From Alloascoidea hylecoeti (lineage: Eukaryota), in NCBI GenBank assembly GCA_001600815.1, contig BCKZ01000024.1, positions 124,001 through 188,000 on the forward strand: DNA of 64,000 bases, read 5' to 3'. Made by a program: the position numbers and the translations under genes. Positions 23,921-36,043 of this stretch are shown piece after piece. The stretch's first letter is position 1, and each line of letters starts with the position of its first letter. Under the pieces are notes generated by a model that saw only the letters and a list, made by a program, of their open reading frames with translations, made no database searches and was not told where the DNA came from.

Positions 23921-24700
23921 TACTAGTACTCTACAAGACCTTAAACAATTTCTAAAATAGAGCATAGAGTTCTGTAGATTCTAGATATTCTAGTAGACTA
24001 TTAAAAATAACATTTAAAATTTGGTATTTAGTGTTGGTGCCCTTAACGCCAAAAACGGCCGTCATTTTACGAAGCATCGAGTCAATATTCTGATCCATAT
24101 CAGCCCAAATGTATGAAAGAACCCCAACTAATAGATATCTCTTTTCTTCTACACCATGTGGAAGGCTCATTATCTCAGTTTCTGCTTTATGATAGGCTTT
24201 TTTGAGGAGATCCCTCAGATGCTCAATAGGATTGAGAGTAAGAGAGTAAACCCTCCATTCCAAGACCTCTATCTCCTTATCACGGAGCCAATTGATCGTT
24301 ATTCTTACTTTGTGGAGTGATGAATAGCTTTGCATGATATCCCTAGGGGATCTTTTTAAAGACTTTTTCCATACGATTGATCTACATATAGGTGCTATTA
24401 GGATCACCTACCACTCTGGATCTATTGTGCACCCTCCTTTCCAAATTCTAGCCCATGCCATGACACTTGTAGACTCAGAATTCCTTATAATAATATGAAT
24501 ATTGTGTGGTTTGACTGTCTTCGAGCGTATACTTTTCCGGCTCCGGAAACTGTAACCGCAGAGAAATCGTCACTGAAAGCACTTTTGTGCCAAAGGTTCT
24601 GAGGCCACACCAACCTATTCTTGGACCATCCCACTCGGTTCTTTTGGCTCTTCTAATTCAGAAAAGGTATCTTGGAGGCCGCGAATGTTCCTTAACCTTT
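23921..24700 (-). mobile_element. Decayed Tc1/mariner (IS630-Tc1) DDE transposase relic
   Basis: IEVLEWRVYSLTLNPIEHL (cf. WP..SPDLNPIE), C-terminal KGTNTKY, upstream out-of-frame VMAWARIW (about 24466-24443) and FSDD (about 24578). Confidence 0.8.
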
Positions 24701-26623
24701 AAGTAAGTTTGGTACGGTAGAAGTGTTATATGAGAAGGGTTGTTAGCAAATGTCCCGTATTTTGAAGGGAAATCGAATATTAAGCTTTTGATTATTTTGG
24801 GAACTGAGAGGTCTGAAAAATAAGCGCATGCTCCCAGATTTTCCCAACTGTATTAATATTGTTTTAGGAACAGTTATTTAACTAGCGGTAAAACAACAAC
24901 TGATAGTATATGATTTATGAAGGGAATAGCAAATTATAACAGGAACGATTGCAAAGTATAATTATATAATGGTTTCTAAAGAATCGAGAACTGAGTTTCA
25001 GCTATTGCAAAGTAAAATTTGGGTTAAAACATACCGTATGTAGCTAGGGCATATGCGCGCGTATATAATAGTGAGATTCAGTATTATCATGAACCGCGTT
25101 GTTATATTATAAATTATTTAATCATTTTTAGCTGAGACTTTTAACTTTTAGCTTACCTTCTATTATATAGCAATATAATCCAAAAAAATCTAAAGGTAAT
25201 GAATCCAGTTCCCTTATGTATTGGATGCAGGTAGTTTAAAAGCTAAGGGATCAGTTCGCAGAAGCTTTCAATATTCTTCAATATTCTTATGATACAAACG
25301 TGATCGTAATCTAATTTTATTGAGTTGATATATGTCTTCTCCCTCTCTACGTTCGTGTATTATCTACACACATATAGAACTAACTATAGAGTTATTGTAC
25401 TATACATCGCTCTGCTAATTACAAATTTAGCTATAAAATTAGCTCACCACCAACAATAAAATTTAAACCTTGAAAAGGGGGTTTAAGGCTAACCCTTTTT
25501 ATAATATTTTCTTATATATATATATTTTTTGATTGAGGGGATCTAAAATGAAAATAAAACATTATCCCTAGTTATAATTATGTAGTTGAAATGATCCAGA
25601 ATCAATGCTACACCTGTGACTCTTTAGAGTTAAACATAGACTACTATTTATAAAGAGAGAGATCATGATCAATGTTTAAAATTTCGTGACTATAATTTTC
25701 ATTCACTGAATATATGAAAATTCTAGTTAAATGTAAGGTACAGTGGAAATATGCAGAAAAACGTAAATAGTATCCCGTTTCTTGTCTTTTTTTTTCATTT
25801 TTTTCCTTCCTAATAGCGACCTATACTTTAAATTAAGATTCCATTTCAACAAATAATCTATACCAATTGCTAAGGACTTTTAAAAGAAAAAGCTCCATGG
25901 ATGTGCAATAACCCCATTAATATTATTGTTGCCTAATCACAAACTTTGTATTACTAATATAATATAATATGACACATTATTATCAACATATTTGGGTCCA
26001 TATATAGGAATTAAACTTTCGAGGATTGTCTAGCCTTAAATATAAGCTTCACACACATCTAAATGTGTAGTTAGCATCGCCGGTTCTGGTCAGATAAATC
26101 CATTTTTTGCTAGTCGGATCAACTAATAGCTTTATGTACATGAACAACAAATATTCTGACCCACTGAGAATTTAACATCAATATGATCAGGTCTGATAAC
26201 AAGGGCTTAAGATACCCTTACAGTTACAGGCCTTGGGCATTTATACCGTTAATATTTATAACAATTATATAATTATGTAATGTTTTCAATCTCAATTTTG
26301 AAGAGCAATACAACATTTGTCATAACAAACGCGTACATTTTATACGTAAACAATACCTACTTTTAGCAAATAACTAGGCTAAGAATAAGAAGTAAGTTTA
26401 AAAATTGATTCTCGGCATTGTTTTTGTAGCTTACAATTGACGCCTACTCCGCATTTCAAACAATATTTGTCTACAATCATACGCGATTAGTTGCTGTTTT
26501 CTCGAGTGGTAGAGTTGCGTTGTAAAATTGTATCCCCTCTTCAAAAGATATAAATAAGGACAATTTTCATCATTTATTTTCTTACAATTCATCACAACTA
26601 ATAAACATATCTATATTATAAAA

Positions 26624-27193
26624 ATGAAATTTTCTATCATTGCCGCTACTGCCATTGTTGCCTCCTCCCCAGCCTTCGCCGCCGTCAGTGCATATGACGG
26701 TGCTGTTGCCGCTTCTGCTTACTTATTCATCAAATCACACTACTCTGATATTTTAACCTACGTTGCTACAAACCCATCAGCCTTCCCACCATCAAGCTTA
26801 TTGAATATTTATCAATCTATCTCTGCTAAGTATGGTGATGATACAAGTTTCACCACTGACGAAGCCCTCATCAACAGTTTCCCAACTGATGTCATTGAAA
26901 GCTGGATAAGCAAGCTCCCTTTCACTTTTGTCAGACCAGCCTCTGTTGCTGAAACCTCTGCTGCTGAAACCTCTGCTGCCGAAACCTCTGCTGAAGCAAC
27001 TTCTGCTGCTGAAACCTCTGCTGAAGCAACTTCTGCTGCCGAAACCTCTGCTGAAGCAACTTCTGCTGCCGAAACCTCCGCTGCTGCTGAAACTTCTGCT
27101 CCAGCTGTTGAGACTTCCAATGGTGCTAATGCATACGGTGCTCCAATTGCCGCAGCTGGAGTTGTTGGAGCCGCCATGCTTGCTTTCTTATAA
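26624..27193 (+). CDS. SRP1/TIP1 (TIR-like) GPI-anchored cell-wall mannoprotein
   Basis: Signal peptide, DDTSFTT/ISKLPF core, Ala/Glu/Thr/Ser repeats, NGAN omega region and hydrophobic tail. Confidence 0.8.
   Translation: MKFSIIAATAIVASSPAFAAVSAYDGAVAASAYLFIKSHYSDILTYVATNPSAFPPSSLLNIYQSISAKYGDDTSFTTDEALINSFPTDVIESWISKLPFTFVRPASVAETSAAETSAAETSAEATSAAETSAEATSAAETSAEATSAAETSAAAETSAPAVETSNGANAYGAPIAAAGVVGAAMLAFL
26948..27100 (+). repeat. Coding minisatellite (15/30-nt units; AETSA/EATSA)
   Basis: Tandem gc(t/c)gaaacctctgct and gaagcaacttctgct units. Confidence 0.9.
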
Positions 27194-28494
27194 ATTCACT
27201 ACGTGGGTTTTAAGTTTTTTTTTTTCTCAATGATCATCGACGATAAATAATACCATTGTTGATAATAGTTGAATGATCTTTAAAATCGTTAAGTTTTCTA
27301 CTTATTATTTAAGTAATTAGTTATCTTCTTAAATAAATAATATATCTATTTCTTTATCCTTTCTTTAATTATATTATTAAAACGTAGACTGAAATTAAAA
27401 ATGGTCGTCGACCTTGAGCTTGCCAACCTAGAGATGAGTGTCTCATTGTAGTCCCTGCATTCGAAATACGCATAGAACAGTATTTCGTAAAGCTTAAGTT
27501 GTAGCACTAGTTTTATGGTGGAGAGCAACCCCGCAAAAAATAGAAAACATTATTGCTGACATTGCAATAATTGTATTATTTCAATTTTAAGCTTACTTAA
27601 CAGTAGCGACCGAGTCTTCTATACTATATTATTAAATTGCAACATGAGATGTTTATAAAAAAATGTTTTAACATTTACTATATTATACAATTCTTTTTGT
27701 ATAGTCTTATATCAAATCTCTCACGTATTAGTAGCGTTATTGTCGAAAATAATTAGTTCTCCAAACTTTGAAGGTTAATCAGAAAATCATATTTAGAAAA
27801 ATTAATACTAATGATAATTGTCTGGAAGATAATATTCACCTTTCACCAGCATTTCATTTGGTGTTTGTAAAGTATTTGGCTCAGTACGCATAAAATAAGT
27901 GAGCTCAACTCAATTTACAGCCATTAATTGGTTTAATTAAACAAGCCGAGATTCCAAAATCAATAGCTAAATCCTCCACAACTTTCAATGAAATTGGCGC
28001 TAGGCATACAAGACTATTTTTGCTTAAGATGTAGCTTCGAATTCACCGATATCAATATTAAACGCAAAATAGACAAGCAAGACATAAATCAACTGGTATC
28101 TTATGGTTATGGCCTGGTTCTCTCGTACTGGACCGATACATATTAATTTGAAGTTGGATTACAAGTTGAAAAATATTGTAGTATGCATATAAATTTTACA
28201 GTCACTAATTATTGCCCTTTTGTTTAATATTATTAGTGATTGTATACTTAGAAGATACATAAATCAAAATCCTTACAATGATAAGTTATATATAATCAAG
28301 CTTAAGAGAATTTTTTATTCAAAAGTTAATGGAATTAATCAAAATATATACAAAAAAACACAGACTCATGAATATAAATTTCTCTTTTCTCTCCTTCTTT
28401 CCTTTATAATGATTAGCTTTCCAGTTGTTGAATTTTAATATCTCTTGAAAAATAAAACATTTTCATTTTTATTTTGTCTTCTTTCGTTTCTCAC

Positions 28495-28866
28495 TCATCT
28501 GGTATCATTAATTGTATACCTAAATCTTTTCCGTGTTGGAGAAAACTCCCCTAATTTACATCCAACCATATTTTCGGTGACTTCAAACTGGACATAATGC
28601 TTTCCATTATGGACCTGAAATATAACACCGACAAATTGTGGTAAAATCGTACAATTTCTGGCATTTGTTCGGATTGGGGTACGTGTTTTTAAAGCATGAG
28701 CAATAGGTAAAGGAACAACAAACGGTCCTAAAATATATGAAATGTTAATCATAAATGTTGGTTGAGGAAAAAAATTGAAGTTTTCTCTATGGTTGGCTTA
28801 ATTATATAACTCTCACATACCCTTCCAAACTGATCTTTTCCCTAAAGCAATCAACGAAGATCTCAT
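28495..28866 (-). CDS. RSM19: Mitochondrial ribosomal protein uS19; exons 28866-28821 and 28727-28495
   Basis: Spliced RSVWKG|PFVV, then ILPQFVG, HNGK and [12 protein letters not shown]. Intron 28820-28728 (GTATGT/ATTAAC/TAG). Confidence 0.92.
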
Positions 28867-29065
28867 ATCTTTTAGATATATATATATAATATTTCTATCT
28901 CAAGTTTGGAATTGCTCGAAATGAGATCCCTCGGATTGAAAACTTGAGTTGATGTGTGGATGTATGTATTACCCGGATATGTTACTTCCTGGGAATTTTT
29001 CAAAAAAAAAATCATTCATTGATAATAATAATATATTTAGAGATCGGTATAGGAAATATTTAAAA

Positions 29066-30844
29066 ATGCCATCTGTTTCAAAAGGTCATGAGAAGAATAA
29101 TATATATGAAGATAATAGTACTACTGAAATTAATGAACAAAATGATATAATAGAAGAAAAAATTAATCCTAAATTCTCATCGATATTAAAGCGATTTCAT
29201 AAAAGTCATGAAAAAGCACAAAAACGACAAAAGCTTGAAGAAAGTATTAACCAAGCTCAAAAACTAGAGACAGAAATAAAAAATGATACTGATATATTAA
29301 AGGATGAATCAGAACCCATTGAAGCAATCGGTTTACAACCGTTACCACAACCCGAAATCATAAGGACCAGCACTGTACAGAAATCATTTACAGATTCATT
29401 ATCATGGTTTTCAGAAACATTTTATATATCTCAAGATACAACTGAAACGTTAAAATTTTCGGAACTTGGACTTTCAGAACTTGTGACAAGAAACATTTCT
29501 TCAAACTTTGGCTTTGAAAAAGCATTTCCGGTTCAATCCTTCGTAATTACAAAATTATTAACGGATATCCAAAACTCAAAGCTAAACCCAGATAAGAAAA
29601 AAGATCTATTAGTCAATGCCTCGACTGGAAGTGGTAAAACATTGTCTTATTCAATTCCAATAATTGAAGATTTAAAAAACCGAATCGTACCAAGGATCAG
29701 AGCAATTATAATCGTCCCAACAAAGCCATTATTAAATCAAGTTCGAAAAACAATTGATTTGTTATCAAAGGGTACCAATTTAAAAACTATAGTTTTGAAA
29801 TCGGAAAGAACATTGAGAGAAGAATCCAGGCTTCTATTAAATAATTCCCAACCAGATATTATTATCTCAACCCCCGGTAGATTAGTTGACCATTTAAAAT
29901 CTTCTTTTAATAATAAGTCGATATTGAATTTAAAGCATTTGAAATACTTGGTTATTGATGAAGCTGATCGATTATTAAACCAATCATTCCAAAATTGGGC
30001 GGAAGTAATAACTTCGATAATTGAAGAAAATGAAAAAAGTAATAATCATAATTCAACAATTGCAACAAATTGGATTAATCATACCCAAAAATTAATCTTT
30101 TCGGCAACATTAACTAAAGATCCAGGCTCATTATCATCTCTCAAACTCCATGTACCTAGAATTGTAATTATTGGTCAACAGAATAATAGCAATATAAATG
30201 AAAATGCAAATAATAATCAAATAAAGGAATTTCAAGTACCTGATACTTTATCAGAATACCTTTTATCCCTATCACGCAACGATAAATTTAATAAACCAAT
30301 GTTGCTCATGAAGCTTCTTATAAAATTTTCGCTTACCTCAAGAACCCTTATTTTCACATCATCAAATGATTCAGCCGCCCTTCTTGCGCGTCTCCTTCAA
30401 CTTATCTTATCAAATACAAGTTCTTTTACCCACCTCAATAAAAAAATATCAATTGCATGCTGTTCCTCTCAACTTACAGATCAGCAACGCCGCCGTGTCC
30501 TACGGGATTTAGCAGATGATAAACATAATATTGTCATTGCAACTGATCTCATCGCTAGAGGTCTAGACATTGAAGGAATTGAAAATGTAATTAATTACGA
30601 TATACCATTAAGCATGAGAGACTACATACATCGGGTTGGAAGAACCGCACGGGCTGGGAATACAGGGAAAGCTTGGAGTATCATATGTGGTCGTGGTGAA
30701 TCAGAAAGATTTGAAAAGTTAGTAATTAAAGGGATTGGAAGATTCGATAAAAAGATTGAAAATGTGAAAGTCGACGTGCTGAATGATGAAGAAATAGAAA
30801 GTTATAACAAAACATTGAAATTGTTTCATCAAGAGGTAAAATAA
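29066..30844 (+). CDS. DBP6: DEAD-box RNA helicase for 60S biogenesis
   Basis: AFPVQ, ASTGSGKTLSY, TPGRLVDHL, DEADRLLNQSFQNW, SAT and HRVGRTARAG motifs. ATG 29066 assumed. Confidence 0.88.
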   Translation: MPSVSKGHEKNNIYEDNSTTEINEQNDIIEEKINPKFSSILKRFHKSHEKAQKRQKLEESINQAQKLETEIKNDTDILKDESEPIEAIGLQPLPQPEIIRTSTVQKSFTDSLSWFSETFYISQDTTETLKFSELGLSELVTRNISSNFGFEKAFPVQSFVITKLLTDIQNSKLNPDKKKDLLVNASTGSGKTLSYSIPIIEDLKNRIVPRIRAIIIVPTKPLLNQVRKTIDLLSKGTNLKTIVLKSERTLREESRLLLNNSQPDIIISTPGRLVDHLKSSFNNKSILNLKHLKYLVIDEADRLLNQSFQNWAEVITSIIEENEKSNNHNSTIATNWINHTQKLIFSATLTKDPGSLSSLKLHVPRIVIIGQQNNSNINENANNNQIKEFQVPDTLSEYLLSLSRNDKFNKPMLLMKLLIKFSLTSRTLIFTSSNDSAALLARLLQLILSNTSSFTHLNKKISIACCSSQLTDQQRRRVLRDLADDKHNIVIATDLIARGLDIEGIENVINYDIPLSMRDYIHRVGRTARAGNTGKAWSIICGRGESERFEKLVIKGIGRFDKKIENVKVDVLNDEEIESYNKTLKLFHQEVK

Positions 30845-30974
30845 TATATAATACATAAATGACTATGATTATGATGCTAAATTATATTTATAATAATATT
30901 AAATACATATGCATTGACTTAAATCTATATTTAATTGTTCAGAATGGTAAATGTATGTATTTAATATAAAGCGA

Positions 30975-31566
30975 TTAAACGGCTGAAATAAAAGAAATAT
31001 TAAATGTTAGTTTAAGCTATCACTGTCATTAGCTTTTTATGAGAAAAAAAAACATACCATCGGGTTGGGACAAAATAAAGTCAAGGGCACCACCTACAGT
31101 TTCAATCTCATCTGCTTCCGAGCTAAAAAAAAAAAAAAAAAAAAAACATTATTAATATACACAATTAGACTCACATTGTGCTTGTAAAAATAACATACTC
31201 TGGAATATCAATAGAAAACTCTTCTTCCAAAAACATCACAACCTCTACAATATCGAGTGAATCTAATCCCAAATCCGTCCTAAAATTTGATTCCAATGTA
31301 ATCTTTGAAGGATCGGAAATTTTATCAAATCCTTCTAGCAATTCAATAATCCGTGTTTGTGCTAATTCCCTAGTTAATCCAGCTCCTGCAGAATACGATC
31401 TTACTCCTCCTTTATAACCACTGAAAGCATTAAGAGTATTTCCAATTACGGCAGGTCTCAACGCAATTCTTGAAATGGATCTAGATGTTGCTGCTGCCGT
31501 TGTTGTTTTTATGATTCCATTTCGTAATGATGATCGAGCAACGTTAGAAATAAGGTGTCGAAACAT
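30975..31566 (-). CDS. ACP1: Mitochondrial acyl carrier protein; exons 31566-31199, 31122-31058, 30982-30975
   Basis: [14 protein letters not shown] and [10 protein letters not shown] motifs. Splicing gives ...[26 protein letters not shown]; both introns are GTATGT...YAG. Confidence 0.92.
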
Positions 31567-31941
31567 TTTTAAAGATATATTTCCTTTTTTTGGGATGTTT
31601 AACGAGGAGGATGTGTAGCGTAATATACTCTCTTATTACTGGTTGGTTTTATGTACTGGTGATTACTCTATATGAGTATATATCAGAACACTCATATCTT
31701 TGAAATATGCATATCGTGACCTATAGGATAAATAAGACCATGAGTTCCAACAACATTGATCATTGGTATTTGATATTGTCATGTCATTAAGTTAAACATT
31801 TATGATGAGAGTTTTCCCAGGTTGATTCTTCTTATATTTTCCATTGTACCCTTAAATTTATAGAGTGTGCTGAACTTGTAGGATCCTCGGCCGAAATCAA
31901 ACTTGTGATTTACTTTCGAATCACCATGAACCATGGCGAGT

Positions 31942-32035
31942 TACAGAGTACTTCACAAGGCCTTAAGTGTTCCTAAAATAGTTTATGATGTTTCGTAAAT
32001 TCTAGATATTCTACTAGTCTATGTGAAATGACATC
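31942..32035. mobile_element. Solo terminal fragment homologous to the end of the Tc1 relic
   Basis: acaaggccttaa...taaaatag...gtaaattctagatattctactagtctat aligns by eye with 23933-24013 in direct orientation. Begins TA|CAG. Confidence 0.55.
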
Positions 32036-32204
32036 GTATTAATATCTTAACACTCTAGGAGGCATACATAGTATTAATTTATCCACCTCGGTAATTTATA
32101 ATTAATATTATTAAGGGAATTTTACAAGAAACAGCTAAACCAATATATATGAATTACAAACATGTTCTCAGAATGACATGTGCATATGTTTTCTCACGCT
32201 GAGG

Positions 32205-34515
32205 ATTGAAAAGATCATTTGGTTATAAATTTCAGATATTTTTATTGTTTATATAATATACCTAGCCCATACATGAAGCATATAGAAATAGACCACTATG
32301 GGACTACTAATACCAAAATGTAAAATAAGATTTAAACAATAACATAACATTTATTACTTATACATTTATTAACGAATATTACAGAATCTAAAATCACATA
32401 AAAATATAGTTATCACAAAATTTACTTTTCCATATCGTTATTCAAGTTCCCGGATTTTGCGGTTACAGGAGCAAGAAAGAAAACAATTAAACATATTGTA
32501 ATAATAAATCCCAATAGATTCAATTAGAAGAGGTGAGAAGTATATAAAGAAAAAGAAAAAGAAAAAGAAAAAGAATTTGATATTTTGTTTATTGAAAACT
32601 TATCCAATCTTTCTTCATAAATAATAGTCGAGCCAGTTCCCCAACAAGCAGAAAATGTGAATACATAGGTGAAAATAAGTTCAAATATTACGTTACCGAT
32701 TGAAATGTGTTTTTCAATATTTAAAGAACTGNGTNCTAATACCGAGAATGAAACGAAACAGTTCAACATAATTGTTGAACCAAAAATTGAATTTAATCTT
32801 CTTCTCATTTTAATAGTCAGTACTCCAATGATCATTCCAAAAAGATAAATTGTTGTAATAATCACCATCAGCATGAATATATCATTGTTAATATGATTAT
32901 TATTACTAATAGTAATATTCTTGAAAATCTCAGTACAATAATATAAGAAAAAACTAACTCACCTGTTAAATGTTTAAAAAACTGAATGCCATAACACTTT
33001 ATTTAATTTATAATTTAACTTTGTTTTTGAGAATGTTATGAGTAATTCTCTTAATTTTCTTAATTCTCCTAATTCTTCAAAATATATTACTATAAATATA
33101 TATATAAAGAATAGTAAATAATGAACTGTGTTGATTTTCATCTCTAGATCGTTTAGATATGAGTGGTACTTGAGACTGTATTGATCTTGCTTTATATTGA
33201 GACTCGTATGAAAATAGAAGCCGAATTGCAATAATAGTAGACCAAACAAGAGAAAAATTTGATATGAATTTCCATTGACTATAATACTCAATATCAATTT
33301 AGATATTTTCCGTAAGTTTAATTGACACAGCTCCACTGAAAATCCTAAGAGGAGTCATAATTTGAAAGAGATTAAAGGATAATTGACGAACAGAAGGAAA
33401 TGAATTTTCAACTACCAATGATTGACATACAACTGTTAAACTCCCAGCACCAATTCAAATAAGATATCTCCCATACATAGCACCTAAATGTTCCCTTTCA
33501 ATATCAGGAGTCAAAACAAATTGACCCAATACGTCAGAATTATAAATTATCATTCCTATCAAGATACCAAAATTTCTTCCTGTGAAATCATTGAGTCTTG
33601 AACTTAAGGATGAACCAATTGCGGTTCCAACAGCAAAATTAAATAACTGTTAGCGGCCACATCATATTATTAATCCTACGCCGCTTTGAAAATCATTCAT
33701 ATAGGATATTCCAGGAATTTTACCAATATCCCAGCCAATAATAAATCCACCAAAAGATAACAACAGGGTTGATAGAATATTAAGAAAGTATTCAAAATAG
33801 CTTATTGGTGTTTCTGAATCAGTTTCTTTACTAGAAGAAGATAAAGACCCCCAGGTAAATTTCCGGGAAAGCGTACGCAATATTTGTTACATCAGAATAG
33901 TAAGTGTATGTGGTAGTTTCAACCAAATCATTTATCTCCGAATCAATACCATCATGGCCATGACTATAATTACCACTAACATTGACAGTTTTATTATCAT
34001 GAACAGTTACAGTTTTAGATAAGAACTTCGAAGTAAAAGATAAGCCGCTTTAGAAGACATTTTTGGTTGTTCCTAATAAAAAATTTATGTAGAGTGAAGA
34101 GTTTGAAGAGGAAAACGAATTAGGAGTGGACTGGCTTTTTTATAACTCAGTTATTACTCGAATTCCATTAAATATATTCATATATTCATATATTCCAATA
34201 TTTTCAAAACAAATCTTGATGGTACTAGTGTTCATATTATTAACTTCGACTTGTTGATCTATTGACTTATATCTTCGTTTCTAAATTGTGTTCGAGGAGG
34301 TCAAGCCAGCACAAAATGCAAAAACCTCTTTAGTATCTTGCATATACTGTATGGTGCCCATCACATTAATATTGATATGTATATGCATATACTGGTACCT
34401 ACTTACACTATAGTTTATTACAAACATTGGAGTCAGTTCAAGTGATTTAAGGAGATAATAGATCATAAAATTAATGATATCTATTTTTATAAAAACATAC
34501 AGATAAAGGAGTTGA
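32205..34515 (-). repeat. Left arm of a 2.3-kb inverted segmental duplication
   Basis: Reverse complement is nearly identical to 47451-49737; the track ORFs are duplicated. Confidence 0.95.
32430..34060 (-). pseudogene. Hexose transporter (sugar porter, HXT-like) pseudogene, copy A
   Basis: Frame-broken fragments GGFIIGWDIG, GRK, LTG..FF.Y, MRRR...FGS, FSACWG and FLAPET. Confidence 0.85.
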
Positions 34516-36043
34516 AAGTTCACAATTTCTAAATACAATAGAATTGAAGATGATGCAGATAATAATGATAAATTCAATTATATACATGTATGTATCCTTC
34601 ATGTTCGGTATCAAATATATGCTGTGAATAAAATGAGAGTAATGAAATTTTGATTATTATAGTGATCAATGTTTTACTAATATGACACCAGTTATTCAAT
34701 CGGATGTAAATATTCCTCCCTACACCAGAAATCCAAAATATATGCGCCATATGAATACACGATTGATGATGGAAGTGTTTTACTTCTGGAGATGTTGGTA
34801 AGAATACTGATGACACATTCAAGGAACTTAAATCATTATTAGAAAAATTAGCCTCCAAGAAGCCAATTTCAAGTGGTGATTTTCAAAGGATAATTTCAAA
34901 ATTCTACTCTGATGGTTCGACATGTCCAATAATTGTCAATTTGAGAATATTTGCTTTTAAAATGGTTAATTTCGTACATAGGTGTACATCTTCAGACGAT
35001 GGTCTTGATGATATGAATGCATGGAACTAGATTTGATTTAGAAAAATTAGCATTTGTTTAATATAAGCTACACATTGCAATTGTCTTTTTTTGAACTTAT
35101 AATTTTCACTGTAACGAAAAAATGTATCTTAATATAATCTTTTTGTGTAGGATATTCTCTAATTTGAATAAAAAATAAAAAATAGACAATTTAGACGTGA
35201 TTCATCCTCGAGCCCACCTTTTCAATGTGTAATCAACGCGATGAGGTATGTGGTAACTTGTTTATTCCATTTGGATAGATACAAGAAGCTGAAATTAGAC
35301 TGATTGCATTTATTGCCTTTTCCCTTGTCACATTAAACATTTCCAGTGCAGCAAATTAAATCAATTTGCCATTAATTCTCCCATACCTGTAGCTAAACTG
35401 TAACCTACCAGTTGCAATATATAAACTGTAAAATTTCAATCACAATTTTGAAGAATGTTTAACAGGACAATCAAAATGCTATCAGCTGTAGTGAATAATG
35501 ACAATATATATAATAAATAACAATAATATCAAGTAAGTCAGATTAACGAAATGAATGCTATATCTAGATCTATATTCAACAATTAAAGTCAGTAATATTT
35601 GAAGTACATTTCTTGAATAAAATGCCAATTAAAGTAGTATAATAACAATTTGTTAATTCTATAGCTAGTGCTTATCTTGAGCAGTAAGTTACATTAAACA
35701 TGAGGAACCTCAAGCAGCTACGAATTTAAATGAATTTAAAGAATTTTTTTTATGCTTAAAGCTATACATGCATGTATTTAATTTTTTATCTGTTGTTTTA
35801 ACTGCTAAAAAGGAGAATGAATCATGATCAATGATGGAACTCAAACTCTAAATCTTTAGCAATAATATCGCTACTATTAAAAGATAAATGAGATAAAGAA
35901 ATAATATCACTGCTTATAAATCTAAAGTGGCATATCTCTATCGATTAAAAAGTTTCTCAAACTGCAGCTACACATGGAATTATTCCATGAATGTGAAATA
36001 ATATTTTTGAGAATCAAAATATAAGAATAAAAAACAAATTTTT

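Noticed and set aside
26948..27100. Regularly spaced repeats as a possible CRISPR-like array
   Set aside because: In-frame coding minisatellite of a eukaryotic cell-wall protein, with no unique spacers.
27870..28020. Minus-strand IDFGIS resembling a kinase DFG motif
   Set aside because: No other kinase subdomains nearby; likely chance.
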